31,465 nucleotides of DNA from Leptospirales bacterium (GCA_050305335.1 JBNLFC010000001.1:1-31465), one strand, 5' to 3'. Shown: positions 7,850 to 18,141, counted from the first letter of the stretch. Numbers and translations: made by a program. The notes: generated from the letters alone by a model not told the origin.

Positions 7850-9190
7850 ATGGAAATATTACTAATTTCATCACTCACCTCGTTGATGACCGGTCTCATA
7901 ACCGGGCTGGTCGTTTTTTCACTCCTAAAACCTAAACCGAAAAAGGCCCGGAAACGGTCCGCAAAAAAACAGACTGTTGGCCGCGCTATGAATGCCACGG
8001 CTCTCAATGCAGCAGTAGATTTCCAAAAAATCAAAACAGCGGAAATCGAAATTCCGGTTATTGCCGAGGATGTTCTGGAATATGAGCCTGGAGAACTCGG
8101 AGAGGCTTATCCCGAGAAAACCAGACTCTTCTATTCTGCAGAGGCCATCAGCGATCCGGAATATCTGGAGACTGTGAAACGATCCGCATTCCAGGTTCAG
8201 ACTCATCAAAAAAACACCTCCGAATACAACCGAGATGTAGACGGATGGCCGACTGAGGTCTGGTGGGATGCAGAACGGAAACGGGTTATGACTCGTGGAG
8301 TTCTCCATGGCGAAAAAAACGTTGAGTACGCGGCAGAGAACAAAAACCTTCCCGGGTTTGGTACGAGTGCGTATATCAGTTTTCTCCGTGTAGAAAAAAC
8401 ACCCGGGACTGCGCCGAACGGGAAGCCCTACGATGCGATCGTAAAAAAGGCCGTGAACAATCACATTGCTATCCTGCCAGGAATACGAGACCCCAAAAAC
8501 GTGATCGTGGCAATGAACGCCGTTGAAGCGGAAAATTCAATTGACTCTGGGAATCAGGATGGTAAGCCGGATAAATCTATCTGGGAACGGGCGAGAAAAG
8601 CGGTAGAAGAGGAAAACCATGAACTCCTTCATACTCTCGCAACGGACATTTTTAATTCAATCAGTGGAAAAAATTCACACGGGAGAAACTCAATGGACAA
8701 GGACGAATTCAAAGCCGCAATGAACGAATACGAAGCGGATAAAAAAAAGGAAGAGGAAGCTGCCAACAGAATTAAAAACGCTGTCCTCAATGAGCTGAAA
8801 TCATCCCCGGGAGATAAACCTGTTACCAGCTCTTCTCCTGGCGGAGAAAATTGCGGAAAGGGGAAAAACGCAGAGACGTCAACATCTACAAAAACTTCCG
8901 CAGGAAATACAGATGAAGCGGATAAAAAAAAGGAAGAGGAAGCTGCCAACGCCCTCAACGCCCTCCCTTCGCAGGAGATGGTGACCGATTTCTCGACTAA
9001 TCTGGGAGTTACGTTTCCAAAAACCCCATCTCTCAGAGAGCTTGCGTCACTGGTAGGTATTAAGGAAACTGAACCCGCCGCACTCATTTCCGCTCTGAAT
9101 GCAAAACGCGAAGAGCTTAAAAAACCTCAAACATCCACAGATGCTCAAAATTCAAAAACGTCCCTGGCTGATTTGATGAACGTTATCTAA
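7850..9190 (+). CDS. putative scaffolding/prohead-associated protein with an N-terminal TM helix and a K/E-rich C-terminal half
   Basis: Hydrophobic N-terminus followed by a basic stretch; charged coiled-coil-like C-terminal half containing a 36-bp direct repeat (8732-8767 = 8915-8950); position between the portal-module and capsid genes. Confidence 0.3.
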   Translation: MEILLISSLTSLMTGLITGLVVFSLLKPKPKKARKRSAKKQTVGRAMNATALNAAVDFQKIKTAEIEIPVIAEDVLEYEPGELGEAYPEKTRLFYSAEAISDPEYLETVKRSAFQVQTHQKNTSEYNRDVDGWPTEVWWDAERKRVMTRGVLHGEKNVEYAAENKNLPGFGTSAYISFLRVEKTPGTAPNGKPYDAIVKKAVNNHIAILPGIRDPKNVIVAMNAVEAENSIDSGNQDGKPDKSIWERARKAVEEENHELLHTLATDIFNSISGKNSHGRNSMDKDEFKAAMNEYEADKKKEEEAANRIKNAVLNELKSSPGDKPVTSSSPGGENCGKGKNAETSTSTKTSAGNTDEADKKKEEEAANALNALPSQEMVTDFSTNLGVTFPKTPSLRELASLVGIKETEPAALISALNAKREELKKPQTSTDAQNSKTSLADLMNVI

Positions 9191-9208
9191 TTCGAAGGAG
9201 ATAAAAAA

Positions 9209-9751
9209 ATGCCTAAATCCCATCAATCAATCGGTTCTACGCAACCAAAAACAGGCACCTTTCAATATGACACCCATCGTCTGCAGGGATTACCGTTGAA
9301 AATCCCGGCTGGTGCGGGAGTGTCGAGCGTGTCCAATAACAGGATCGTATCCCTCCAGGTGGACTCAAACAATGTCATGTATGCAGTTGTCTATCCGGCC
9401 CAAATTGCTGATCATACTTTGATCGGCTGGGGAGTTCTGGAAGAGGCGCTTCAATCTGGCGGTCTTACATCGATTGCCCCATCACCAAACACATTTGTCG
9501 ATGGTGACACGGTGGTTGTATTGCGATATCCAATGGAGGCGTACATGATCGATTACGATTCTTCCAATGCCCCCACTGAGGGAATCGGAACTGCATATAT
9601 TGATGCGCAGGGTAGATTGACGAGCTCAAGTGCTGGCGATAACAGAGCTGTAAAAGGAGCAGTATTCTCTGCGGTTCCTGGACGACAGATGGCAAATCAA
9701 CTGAAGTCCTACTGTAAATATTTTCAGATGTATTCACCGGTCGATCCGTAA
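9209..9751 (+). CDS. hypothetical head-associated protein (180 aa)
   Basis: Strong SD AAGGAG; lies between the scaffold-like and capsid-like genes. Confidence 0.4.
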   Translation: MPKSHQSIGSTQPKTGTFQYDTHRLQGLPLKIPAGAGVSSVSNNRIVSLQVDSNNVMYAVVYPAQIADHTLIGWGVLEEALQSGGLTSIAPSPNTFVDGDTVVVLRYPMEAYMIDYDSSNAPTEGIGTAYIDAQGRLTSSSAGDNRAVKGAVFSAVPGRQMANQLKSYCKYFQMYSPVDP

Positions 9752-9779
9752 TCCGGCAGACCTAAAGGAGTAAAACGAA

Positions 9780-11309
9780 ATGATCGGAATCAAACGAATC
9801 AATACAAACCCTGCGGAACAAACCGTATCAAATTTCATGGCCGCAACGAATGCCTATGCTGAACAGCTCAGACAGCGTGGAGAAAAGACCGAATTTGTAA
9901 CGGCTGCGAACGCGCGGGATGTGCACAAAAAGTTAATCAAAACCGCTGTGGCTCTGGCAAACCCCGGGCATGAAAAACACAATGCCGCATTTAATGCCCT
10001 ATCGGCAGAATTCGGACATCATCGCGAGGGGCTAGATCTCATGCATGATATCGGTGCCCGCTATCTCAGAGATAGCATGGTGCTGGCAGAAAGCGCAGTA
10101 AAGCGCGGGATGTCTGGTGAAGCAGCTCTGGATTTCGCATTCAACAGTCTCGCGGGTAATCCTGTTTTTGACCACTTCGGTAACCTGAACCTTCTGGCCG
10201 GGCAGCTCTATGAAGAGCAAACATTTGTTGAGGCGTTTCTCTCCTCTGGAGATGCGTTCGCAGTTCCTACCGAGGCGGGCGGAACGAATCTTGATAAAAG
10301 CAGATTCCGAGCACCGGTTGAACAGGTGACCGGTTCTGCGAAAATTCTTCAGGGAGATATCAACCCGAGATCTCATCTGATGGATGACAACAACAGAACT
10401 CAGATTTCTCTTTACAACGAATTCAAAGACGCGGTAACTCTCGACACAGTTTTCTCGATCACTCAGGCGCAGCGAGACCAGGCCCTGGGATATGAGAAGG
10501 CCGTGAGTCCTGCTCTTGCCGGGTTCATTCTTCAGAATAGATATTTTCAGTCCTCTCAGAAACAGGTAATGAAACTCGCCGAGCTGATGTTCGCCTTCGG
10601 TCTGGATGCGTCCGGTAGTTACACTCCGAACGTCGGTGGATCTTATGGCATTCTGTCCTCTGCAATTCAACTGGCCCTGGCAGATTGGAACACCGCTACA
10701 CCTGCTCCAGCAGGTTATTCGGATTGGAATTCCAATACCACAAAACTTATTCAGAAAATTCAGAACTACAACTACAAACCAACCAGCGTTTCCGCTGCTC
10801 TGGATCTGTCAGTTGACCCATCTCTGATGTACAAGGACATTGTTCGACTGATGTCTCTTGCCGCACAACAGAACGTAAATTTCACACCGAGAGAATGGGT
10901 GTTGTTCGTGCCCACCTCCTGGTATGCTCTGGCAATGCAATATCCCGGAACTCAATCCGGTGGAACAGGTCAGGGAACGTTCAACAAACAATTGAACGAG
11001 ATGGTAACTACCGCAACGGAAGGAAAGATCGTTGGAAATATCCGGATTCTTCCCTCTTCTCTGCTCAACTATGGAGCGAGCAACGGAATCGGTGGAAGCA
11101 ATTCCTACAACTACATGCTGGCGGTCGCCATGGGGTGCGCGCAGGAAAACAAGCCTGTGATCATGCCAGGCCAGACCGCAATCCCGTATGTGGTAAGCGA
11201 AAACGTTTCCGCAACGATCATGAATTTCCGATCGCAGTACCTTTTCGGCGGCCCGATGTTCATGCATTACGGCGGTGCTTTTATGATGGAATTTTCGTTG
11301 GCTGCATAA
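9780..11309 (+). CDS. putative major capsid protein (509 aa)
   Basis: Largest ORF in the head module, strong SD AAAGGAG, position after the scaffold and before the neck genes; no motif-level confirmation possible by eye. Confidence 0.45.
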   Translation: MIGIKRINTNPAEQTVSNFMAATNAYAEQLRQRGEKTEFVTAANARDVHKKLIKTAVALANPGHEKHNAAFNALSAEFGHHREGLDLMHDIGARYLRDSMVLAESAVKRGMSGEAALDFAFNSLAGNPVFDHFGNLNLLAGQLYEEQTFVEAFLSSGDAFAVPTEAGGTNLDKSRFRAPVEQVTGSAKILQGDINPRSHLMDDNNRTQISLYNEFKDAVTLDTVFSITQAQRDQALGYEKAVSPALAGFILQNRYFQSSQKQVMKLAELMFAFGLDASGSYTPNVGGSYGILSSAIQLALADWNTATPAPAGYSDWNSNTTKLIQKIQNYNYKPTSVSAALDLSVDPSLMYKDIVRLMSLAAQQNVNFTPREWVLFVPTSWYALAMQYPGTQSGGTGQGTFNKQLNEMVTTATEGKIVGNIRILPSSLLNYGASNGIGGSNSYNYMLAVAMGCAQENKPVIMPGQTAIPYVVSENVSATIMNFRSQYLFGGPMFMHYGGAFMMEFSLAA

Positions 11310-11614
11310 TGGCTGATCCTTTAACATATCTCGCAGAGCTTAAAATGAGGCTTCAGAACCCTGCGGTCAGTGACTCCGATCTGACCGTATATCTGACAGC
11401 CGCTCTGCGAGAGGTTAAAGACGCTTACTACAGCTCAGATGATTTTGATGCCCAGGTTCTTGACACCGCCTGCCAGATGCTCGCAATAGATGGAAAATTC
11501 CCTGAGATAAACTCGGTTTCCTCCCAGGGAGTTACTACATCGTTTACGTCGAATGATCCGGAACGATATCGCAGGAGAATAGCAGCGCGCCGGCAGGCCG
11601 CATGGATGGGATAA
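11309..11614 (+). CDS. putative head-tail connector / head completion protein (101 aa, ATG at 11309 overlapping the capsid stop)
   Basis: taATG overlap; small gene after the capsid (synteny). The ORF-track call 10895-11614 is an upstream in-frame extension inside the capsid gene. Confidence 0.35.
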   Translation: MADPLTYLAELKMRLQNPAVSDSDLTVYLTAALREVKDAYYSSDDFDAQVLDTACQMLAIDGKFPEINSVSSQGVTTSFTSNDPERYRRRIAARRQAAWMG

Positions 11615-11615
11615 G

Positions 11616-11978
11616 ATGAGTTACATCACGAGAGATCTGGCATCTATGGCAATTGCCCGAAACGCTGGAGAGGAAGTGGTTTTCAAAATTAAAACTCAGG
11701 TTCCAGCCGGTGATGGATCATTCCAGGTTTACACGCGCGAATTAAAAAAAATGGCCCGGGTTGTGAATCTACAGCCGAATGAAATTCAGAGATTGCAGGA
11801 GAAAGGCGTTACACTGAACCAGGGAGTTTCCATTTCAATCGCAGACGAGTTTACCACGGCCCCGGATAAAATTACAAGGGCCGATGGCACGGTGATGAAG
11901 GTCGTGGACTACACCATAGCCGAAAACATTTCCGTTTTTATAGCAGACGTCCCGGCGATGGGGGCCGCGATTGTATGA
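11616..11978 (+). CDS. putative neck/head-tail joining protein
   Basis: Synteny; tight coupling to neighbours. Confidence 0.3.
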   Translation: MSYITRDLASMAIARNAGEEVVFKIKTQVPAGDGSFQVYTRELKKMARVVNLQPNEIQRLQEKGVTLNQGVSISIADEFTTAPDKITRADGTVMKVVDYTIAENISVFIADVPAMGAAIV

Positions 11979-12535
11979 GCGGGCTGACTCTTTTACAGCG
12001 CTATTACGCTATAAACCAGAAACTCAACGAGTATCTGGAGTCGAAAAATGTAAAATGCCCGATCATCAAGTATGGAATAGATGTAGCCATTCTCAAGACT
12101 CGTTTCCGGGACCAGAAAGAATTTACATATCCGTACATGCAGACGTACATCCGCCAGCTCACTCCGCATTACTGGACATCGGAAAATGCGGGGATTCTGA
12201 CAGAGTTTGAATACCAACTTTCGTTTTTCACAAGTCCTGATGATGAGTTTATCAATGATACATTGCATTTCGTCCCGTTTGAAGCGGCGAAAAATGCTCT
12301 TTCAGATATCACAGTTGGTTTGCTGGAAACGGTCGACGACGATGGGAAAGAGACAACTATAGCAGATCTTTTATCAATGCAGATTCACTATGAATTCGAA
12401 ATGAGAACTGGATCGCCGGTTCCGGCGGCTTTTCTGATTGCAAAATTCAGAGCGGTGTGCGGATATGCACTGGATGTCCCGGATGCAACTCTCGCAACAG
12501 ATATTGACGACGCGGTAACATATACGCAGGATTAA
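11975..12535 (+). CDS. putative neck/tail completion protein
   Basis: Synteny; ATGA overlap with the upstream gene. Confidence 0.3.
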   Translation: MSGLTLLQRYYAINQKLNEYLESKNVKCPIIKYGIDVAILKTRFRDQKEFTYPYMQTYIRQLTPHYWTSENAGILTEFEYQLSFFTSPDDEFINDTLHFVPFEAAKNALSDITVGLLETVDDDGKETTIADLLSMQIHYEFEMRTGSPVPAAFLIAKFRAVCGYALDVPDATLATDIDDAVTYTQD

Positions 12536-12538
12536 CCA

Positions 12539-13732
12539 ATGGCTCAAGCAGAATTTATTAAAATACAGAGTCTCGCAACAACAGGGACACTTGCTTCTCT
12601 CACCAGATCGGTGATGATTGTTACACGTGAAACAGTGAGTGGTTACTCTGCGGACTCAGAAACCGGATTGTACAAAATAAACGACAGCGATTACGACGCT
12701 TTCGTTGCGGCAAATCCGACTCAATATGGACTCATAAATGCTCTTCGTGTAACATTCGCTCAGGTTTACGCCTACAGCTATGTGTACATTCTCTCATCTC
12801 CTACTGGCGTAACCAGTACGGAGCTTTCTAACGCAAACAAAAATCCGCGTGACTGGTCGTTCATCACGATCGCCGATCGGTACAATGGAGATGGAACAGG
12901 TGGAGCGGGAAGCACTGACTATTTTGCGGACCTTGCGACCATCCAGACATGGGGCCCGCGCACATACAAAAAAATCGTGGTGCATACCTATTCAGTCGAG
13001 GAAAGCGGCGGAGTAATTACACTCCCCACAGAACTTCAGCTCGGTGGAGATATCGGATCGGACGGCGGGTTTAAAACAATCGTTTCTAACTCGCAAAGTC
13101 AGGTTGCTACGGTGGGAGGATCTCCGGTTTACGCTTACGACAATATTGCCCTTGCTCTTCTCTCGTTTGTAATCAACGGTCCGGCTCTGGCGAGGTCATG
13201 GGGATCTCTCTCAGATGCGCATGATTTTTTGGGGGTCTATGCGGATGACTACAGCACTACCTCCCGTTCTACGATAGAAAACGCATCTCTTGCGCAATAT
13301 AATGGCGCGAAGGACCGGGCCGGTTCATTGTTTGTTTATGACACTCAGATGAATGATGATGTAAACCCGGCATTGACTGATCAGATTGAAGCTCTTACAT
13401 CCGGGGACTATATTGAAGACTACGTTTATGTCTATGTGCATAACGCCCTTCAGGCAGCCGGTCAGACCGGAGTTACAAACGATGATGCCGGTATACAGAA
13501 AGTGCTGGGATTGGTACGTCGGGCACTCACTGACTGTTTTGATCTCGGTCTTATTCTATCGCAGGAGAACGGGGCTCCTGATTTCAGCGTAGGTGCCCTC
13601 ACGGCTGCGCAGGTTACTCAATTATCTTCTAACTGGAAGGTCACTGGAATCTGGCCGTCAGGTACGATCTACGCCTCTATTCAGAGATTCAGTGCAGACC
13701 ACTATCTGATAATCAATTTCACATTCTCTTAA
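12539..13732 (+). CDS. putative tail sheath protein (397 aa)
   Basis: Size and position match a P2 FI-like sheath followed by a ~160-aa tube, a frameshifting chaperone and a tape measure. Confidence 0.4.
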   Translation: MAQAEFIKIQSLATTGTLASLTRSVMIVTRETVSGYSADSETGLYKINDSDYDAFVAANPTQYGLINALRVTFAQVYAYSYVYILSSPTGVTSTELSNANKNPRDWSFITIADRYNGDGTGGAGSTDYFADLATIQTWGPRTYKKIVVHTYSVEESGGVITLPTELQLGGDIGSDGGFKTIVSNSQSQVATVGGSPVYAYDNIALALLSFVINGPALARSWGSLSDAHDFLGVYADDYSTTSRSTIENASLAQYNGAKDRAGSLFVYDTQMNDDVNPALTDQIEALTSGDYIEDYVYVYVHNALQAAGQTGVTNDDAGIQKVLGLVRRALTDCFDLGLILSQENGAPDFSVGALTAAQVTQLSSNWKVTGIWPSGTIYASIQRFSADHYLIINFTFS

Positions 13733-13740
13733 GGAGTTAA

Positions 13741-14214
13741 ATGATGTCTACATCAATGAACTTTGCAACCATAATCATGACGTTGACTCCTCATGATACT
13801 AACTATTCGCCATTGGTATTGAAATCAGATACTCTGTTCAATGAGGAAGAATTCCTAGGAGAACCTCAGCCGGACAAGGACCGTACGAGATGGTTTGCGT
13901 CTAATGATGGAGTTACCGGTCAGTATCTCGATATTTTTGCTATTGCAGGGAAGAGAGATCTGACCATCATAGATGGAAGTTTTGCAGATCTATTGCAAAA
14001 CTATGCATATGCAAACCCGCAACCGATGTTTGATTTCGATTTCAGATATCAAAGAAATGATCAGGACAACTCACAAATCCGGACTCACTCTCACAAAGAT
14101 TGCAAATTCACAAATCATCCGGCCAGGGTAATGTCCAACGATATAGTAGTTACTAAATTCACTCTGCATTATGGAACGATTAAGATTCTGGATGTAGATG
14201 GAAATCCAGTATGA
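13741..14214 (+). CDS. putative tail tube protein (157 aa)
   Basis: Synteny with the sheath/chaperone/tape-measure arrangement; SD AAGGAG. Confidence 0.4.
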   Translation: MMSTSMNFATIIMTLTPHDTNYSPLVLKSDTLFNEEEFLGEPQPDKDRTRWFASNDGVTGQYLDIFAIAGKRDLTIIDGSFADLLQNYAYANPQPMFDFDFRYQRNDQDNSQIRTHSHKDCKFTNHPARVMSNDIVVTKFTLHYGTIKILDVDGNPV

Positions 14215-14693
14215 ATCTGATTCGAGTTTCTCGCGCCTCATTCCTGTCAAAAACTTTTGATGTGAATGAGGATGAGCTCATTGCTAAACTCACCGGAGAG
14301 GAACTGGAGGCCGCAATTGCAGAATTGCCCACCGAAGAAGAAAAAGAATTCATGAAAATTTTCCGCTCTTCTGCTCCTGAGCTGGAGAGAATGAAGAGAA
14401 AAATGAGCGTGTGCCTTGATGCTGAGGTTCTGGAGCTGGAGGAGGATAGAGTAGTCTATGAGTATGCCGGCAAGAAATTTGAAATCCTTTCTCCGAAGAA
14501 CGTTTTCAAAATTTCGCAAATGCTGGATAGAGGAATATCTGAGGCGTTTTCGGAAATGTGTGTTCAGGGTTGCGTTTCAGTCGATGGAAATCCGTTGACC
14601 GATGTGAAAAACAAATGTCCTATCGGGGTAGATGAATTTCAATTACTGGTGCTGATTACCAGGAAGTTTTTTTTTCAGATTTACTTGGCCTGA
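14211..14693 (+). CDS. tail assembly chaperone (short form)
   Basis: Acidic protein directly upstream of the tape measure; ends just after a T9 slippery run (14667-14675). Confidence 0.55.
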   Translation: MNLIRVSRASFLSKTFDVNEDELIAKLTGEELEAAIAELPTEEEKEFMKIFRSSAPELERMKRKMSVCLDAEVLELEEDRVVYEYAGKKFEILSPKNVFKISQMLDRGISEAFSEMCVQGCVSVDGNPLTDVKNKCPIGVDEFQLLVLITRKFFFQIYLA

Positions 14694-14851
14694 TTGATCA
14701 GTCTGGTCGAACCATCTCACCCGGTATAGATATCATCGATATGATTGCAATGCGAGTTATCTCGTTGACAGAGGCGAAAGAAATTGATTTAATTACTCTC
14801 AAGAAAATCTACTCCCGCTGGAATGAGTACAGAGGAAAAGGCCTTATATGA
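14211..14851 (+). CDS. tail assembly chaperone, -1 programmed-frameshift long form (slip at G TTT TTT TTC 14666-14676; extension open to TGA 14849-14851, overlapping the tape-measure ATG)
   Basis: The -1 frame is stop-free for 60 codons from the T-run (hand-translated) and terminates exactly at the next gene start, matching the conserved G/GT-type tail chaperone frameshift. Confidence 0.5.
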
Positions 14852-15990
14852 TACGCGAAGTTTTAGGACTCGGAATAAAAGGGCAAGACGTAGTCCTCTC
14901 GTCTTTGAAGAAAATCGAGAAAGAAAAAAAGAAATTCGCACAGCCTCAGAAAGTTTTAATGCAGGCTGGCCCAGGTGGGTATACTCCATCCTTTGCCGCA
15001 CAAAGGGCTGCTCAGATGGGAGGCCAACCCGCAGCAGCCGCGATCCAGGCAGCACAAAAAAACGCTCCTCAATCAGGACAGAATGAAACCGTCCAGAAAA
15101 TGGAACAGATCTATCGGAAAGAAAAATCCGATGATCGCAATAAAGAGCTCCGCCAGAAAATGACAAAATTCGCTCAGGGAACCGCTGGAGTGGCTGCGGG
15201 AGTAGGTACGTTGCAAACCGGGGCGGCAACTAAAGCAGTTCTGGAGGGAGTTGCATCCGCCTTTGGCCCCATCGGAATGGTTGTAGGAAAAATGGCAGGC
15301 ACTCTGGTGGATGCTGCGCAAACATTCAAGGACCAGGTAAAATCTTCAGCGAATATAGTAGCAGATACCGCAAGAGCACAAAACGTAGCTCACAACATAA
15401 TGGGTGCCGGCAACGAAAGGTTTTTGCGCAAACAACGAGTCGATATTGATGTTGCAAGCCAGAGAGCCCTTGTAGAGGGAATGGGGCAGAAATTCGGTGT
15501 AGTCGGCGAGCATCTACGCAAATCTGTTGAGCGACTTTATGGAGACATGAATAATCCTACCGATGTAACTCAGGCGGCATCTCTGGCGACAGGTAATTTT
15601 GCGGCACTGGGAACTGATAAAGGTTTTTTCATGCAAAAAATCGCTGATCAGGTAAACACTCTCCCACCCTCAGCGAAACAGGAGATCATGTCCCAGATGA
15701 TGGACATGATTCCCAAAGATGAAATGTTCAAACAGACTGACGCTGTAATTCGTGGAGTTACAACTACATTTGATAATCTGGAAAGAGAAAGAGCTCAGAT
15801 GATGCTGGGGGAAAAAGGAGTTAACGTTTCAAGTGCTATTCAGTTACAGCATACTATAAACACAATTGACTCCGCATTAAATAATGGAATGGGAAAATTG
15901 GTTTCAGCTCTTACCGTTGCTGCCAAAAAAATAAACGATCTCATGGGACCTCCTGCACCTGCAAATAATTATCGGAAGGCCACCCCATGA
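14848..15990 (+). CDS. putative tail tape measure protein (380 aa)
   Basis: Ala/Gly/Gln-rich helical and hydrophobic segments; position after the frameshifting chaperone; SD AGAGGAAAAGG. Confidence 0.5.
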   Translation: MIREVLGLGIKGQDVVLSSLKKIEKEKKKFAQPQKVLMQAGPGGYTPSFAAQRAAQMGGQPAAAAIQAAQKNAPQSGQNETVQKMEQIYRKEKSDDRNKELRQKMTKFAQGTAGVAAGVGTLQTGAATKAVLEGVASAFGPIGMVVGKMAGTLVDAAQTFKDQVKSSANIVADTARAQNVAHNIMGAGNERFLRKQRVDIDVASQRALVEGMGQKFGVVGEHLRKSVERLYGDMNNPTDVTQAASLATGNFAALGTDKGFFMQKIADQVNTLPPSAKQEIMSQMMDMIPKDEMFKQTDAVIRGVTTTFDNLERERAQMMLGEKGVNVSSAIQLQHTINTIDSALNNGMGKLVSALTVAAKKINDLMGPPAPANNYRKATP

Positions 15991-16670
15991 CATCGTTCTC
16001 ATTCGATCCTCAAAACCTGTTGGGTGGAATGACTCAGGGAGTTACAAATCTTCCTATTATCATCGGTCTTCCGAGCCGGCAGAATCCTGTACCAAATTTC
16101 ATCATGGGGATAACCACCACTGAAAGAGCAAGGACATCCAGCACATTGCCAGGAATGCAACTTACCGCAGGTGACCTGTTTTTAAAAAGCGCGCGAAATG
16201 GAAGTGAGTTTACGTTTCGCGTTATAGTTTCCGAGACTCCGAATATAAAAAAAGAGGTTGTTGAGACAGTCTCAAAAGCCATCCAACAGCTATCTACTAT
16301 CGCCTCTTCCTTTGCAAATTTCGGAGGAGTTTTTCCAAACACATCAGGAATTACATCGAATTTCGTATCCTCGCAATTGTCCGCATTGAGCTCAATGAAA
16401 GACGGATTTCAACCAATCATGGCTCTAAATATGTTCATGCCTCTCAGTGCATTTTCAATTCAAAATCCATATCTCACGAGCTCCTGGTACATAGATCATG
16501 TAGAACATGCGAAAGAGGAGGCAGAGCGCGGGGTAGTGGTTGATGTAACTCTCAGAGAATTACTGATGAAGCGCGATCCTTCGTTTACATTGTTGACGAA
16601 AGTGGCGGCAAATCTCGCGAATCAACTGGTTGGACCAGGTGTTGGTTCATCTATAGGGAGTCTATTGTAA
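15987..16670 (+). CDS. putative tail/baseplate assembly protein
   Basis: Synteny (between the tape measure and baseplate hub). Confidence 0.3.
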   Translation: MTSFSFDPQNLLGGMTQGVTNLPIIIGLPSRQNPVPNFIMGITTTERARTSSTLPGMQLTAGDLFLKSARNGSEFTFRVIVSETPNIKKEVVETVSKAIQQLSTIASSFANFGGVFPNTSGITSNFVSSQLSALSSMKDGFQPIMALNMFMPLSAFSIQNPYLTSSWYIDHVEHAKEEAERGVVVDVTLRELLMKRDPSFTLLTKVAANLANQLVGPGVGSSIGSLL

Positions 16671-16990
16671 TGTCGTATTTCACTTCGATAGATGATGCAA
16701 TCGTCTCCTCTACGCTGGAGTTTACAGAGATCTCAGAAAGCTCTATGCAACAATTCACCTGTAAGGGCGGGGAAATTGCCGGGTTTCAAATTCGCAATCT
16801 GTATGTGATGGGATCGAATTTTCAGGTTTCTCAAATCTATGATTGCACAACAGGGAAACCAGTATTGCAGGGCACCGTTTCTGTTGTGCCTGGGATTGAT
16901 CTCACGGGAGGATATTTTTCAAGCGGCTGTTTCGCGGACGGTGATCCGACTGCGGAAGGCACAAAATTTTATCAGGTCGACTATGTATGA
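16670..16990 (+). CDS. hypothetical baseplate-module protein
   Basis: Synteny; overlapping start/stop codons with neighbours. Confidence 0.3.
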   Translation: MSYFTSIDDAIVSSTLEFTEISESSMQQFTCKGGEIAGFQIRNLYVMGSNFQVSQIYDCTTGKPVLQGTVSVVPGIDLTGGYFSSGCFADGDPTAEGTKFYQVDYV

Positions 16991-18141
16991 TTATAATCTA
17001 CAAACCTGGAAATGGAGATACGGTTGATCCGATAGTGATAATTGATTACACTCGATCGGATGAGCAATATTCCGAAGCTCAAATAATGCGTTACGTTTCC
17101 TCTCTCGGTGTTCAGGCTGCTAAAGGAAAAGGAATCAACACCGCGAATCTGAAGATTTATTCTCTCGACTATGCCTGCTCATTCACTCACTCCGGGATAA
17201 ACTACGGTGATGCGATAAAGACAAAATTCCAGGCTACCATCGAAAACGCTCCCATGTCCCTGGTAGGAGCGTTGAACATAAAACAATATATCAGCGAAGA
17301 GAATATAAATTCTCTATCGAATGCGAGCCGATCCATTATTGACCCGGAAGTTTTTTTCCCTACCGGCGCGATGGTGATAAAGACAAACAGCAATAGCACA
17401 GACACAATAACCCGAACATTCATGCTGTATTCTACTCCGTTCAATTTCGATTCGCGAAGATTGAATAGTTCCCTGATCCTTCAGGGGGCGGACTATGACT
17501 CAATGGTGATTCGTCTTCAATTCGCGGTGAGTCTGAAAAAAAATACTCCTCTGGTTTCGCAGTTGAGCACGATCCTGAGTGGTCAGGGTTACACAGTAAA
17601 CTCTGACGATTCTTTGACGAGCACTTTCCCGGTAGTGGAAAGATACTATCCGCCAGCTCCGATCAATGCTGTCATCAGTGAGGTTTGCCGGGACAACAAT
17701 CTTGCATATCGCATAAATTCGGATGAAAAAACGATCTACATAAAATCGCTATCCCCTTCAGACAAACCTGACCGATACGGGAATGGAATGTGCTTCAATG
17801 GATATGTGACCGGCGCAAAGATCATGTCCAGTTTTTCGCTACAGAATTACGCTTCCTGTACATTTGAGGCTGAAGCATTCGATGCCGAATTATTTGAGAG
17901 CCTGACTGTTTACGATGACTCAATGACCGAAGGGCAATTTGCAAACCTGCGCCAGATGCCAGGGGTATACATGGCCGGCAGTGTTCCTGTAAAAAAATAT
18001 CGATTCTATGTGCTTGAATATACCTACACCGATAATCGCTATAAAACGAGCGTGACGATTAGAGGAACAAACAACTGGTTGATCAACAATTTCAAGCTGG
18101 ATTCATTTCTGGAAAACAAAATTTACACGGGGGGAGTATGA
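16987..18141 (+). CDS. putative baseplate hub protein (P2 gpD / Mu gp44-like position)
   Basis: Synteny (precedes the spike/V-like gene). Confidence 0.35.
   Translation: MIIIYKPGNGDTVDPIVIIDYTRSDEQYSEAQIMRYVSSLGVQAAKGKGINTANLKIYSLDYACSFTHSGINYGDAIKTKFQATIENAPMSLVGALNIKQYISEENINSLSNASRSIIDPEVFFPTGAMVIKTNSNSTDTITRTFMLYSTPFNFDSRRLNSSLILQGADYDSMVIRLQFAVSLKKNTPLVSQLSTILSGQGYTVNSDDSLTSTFPVVERYYPPAPINAVISEVCRDNNLAYRINSDEKTIYIKSLSPSDKPDRYGNGMCFNGYVTGAKIMSSFSLQNYASCTFEAEAFDAELFESLTVYDDSMTEGQFANLRQMPGVYMAGSVPVKKYRFYVLEYTYTDNRYKTSVTIRGTNNWLINNFKLDSFLENKIYTGGV

Noticed and set aside
10895-11614. 239-aa ORF-track call overlapping the 3' end of the capsid gene
   Set aside because: The 5' two-thirds is an alternative frame inside the capsid ORF. 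The ATG at 11309, overlapping the capsid stop (taATG), gives a compact 101-aa gene consistent with the coupling seen throughout the operon.
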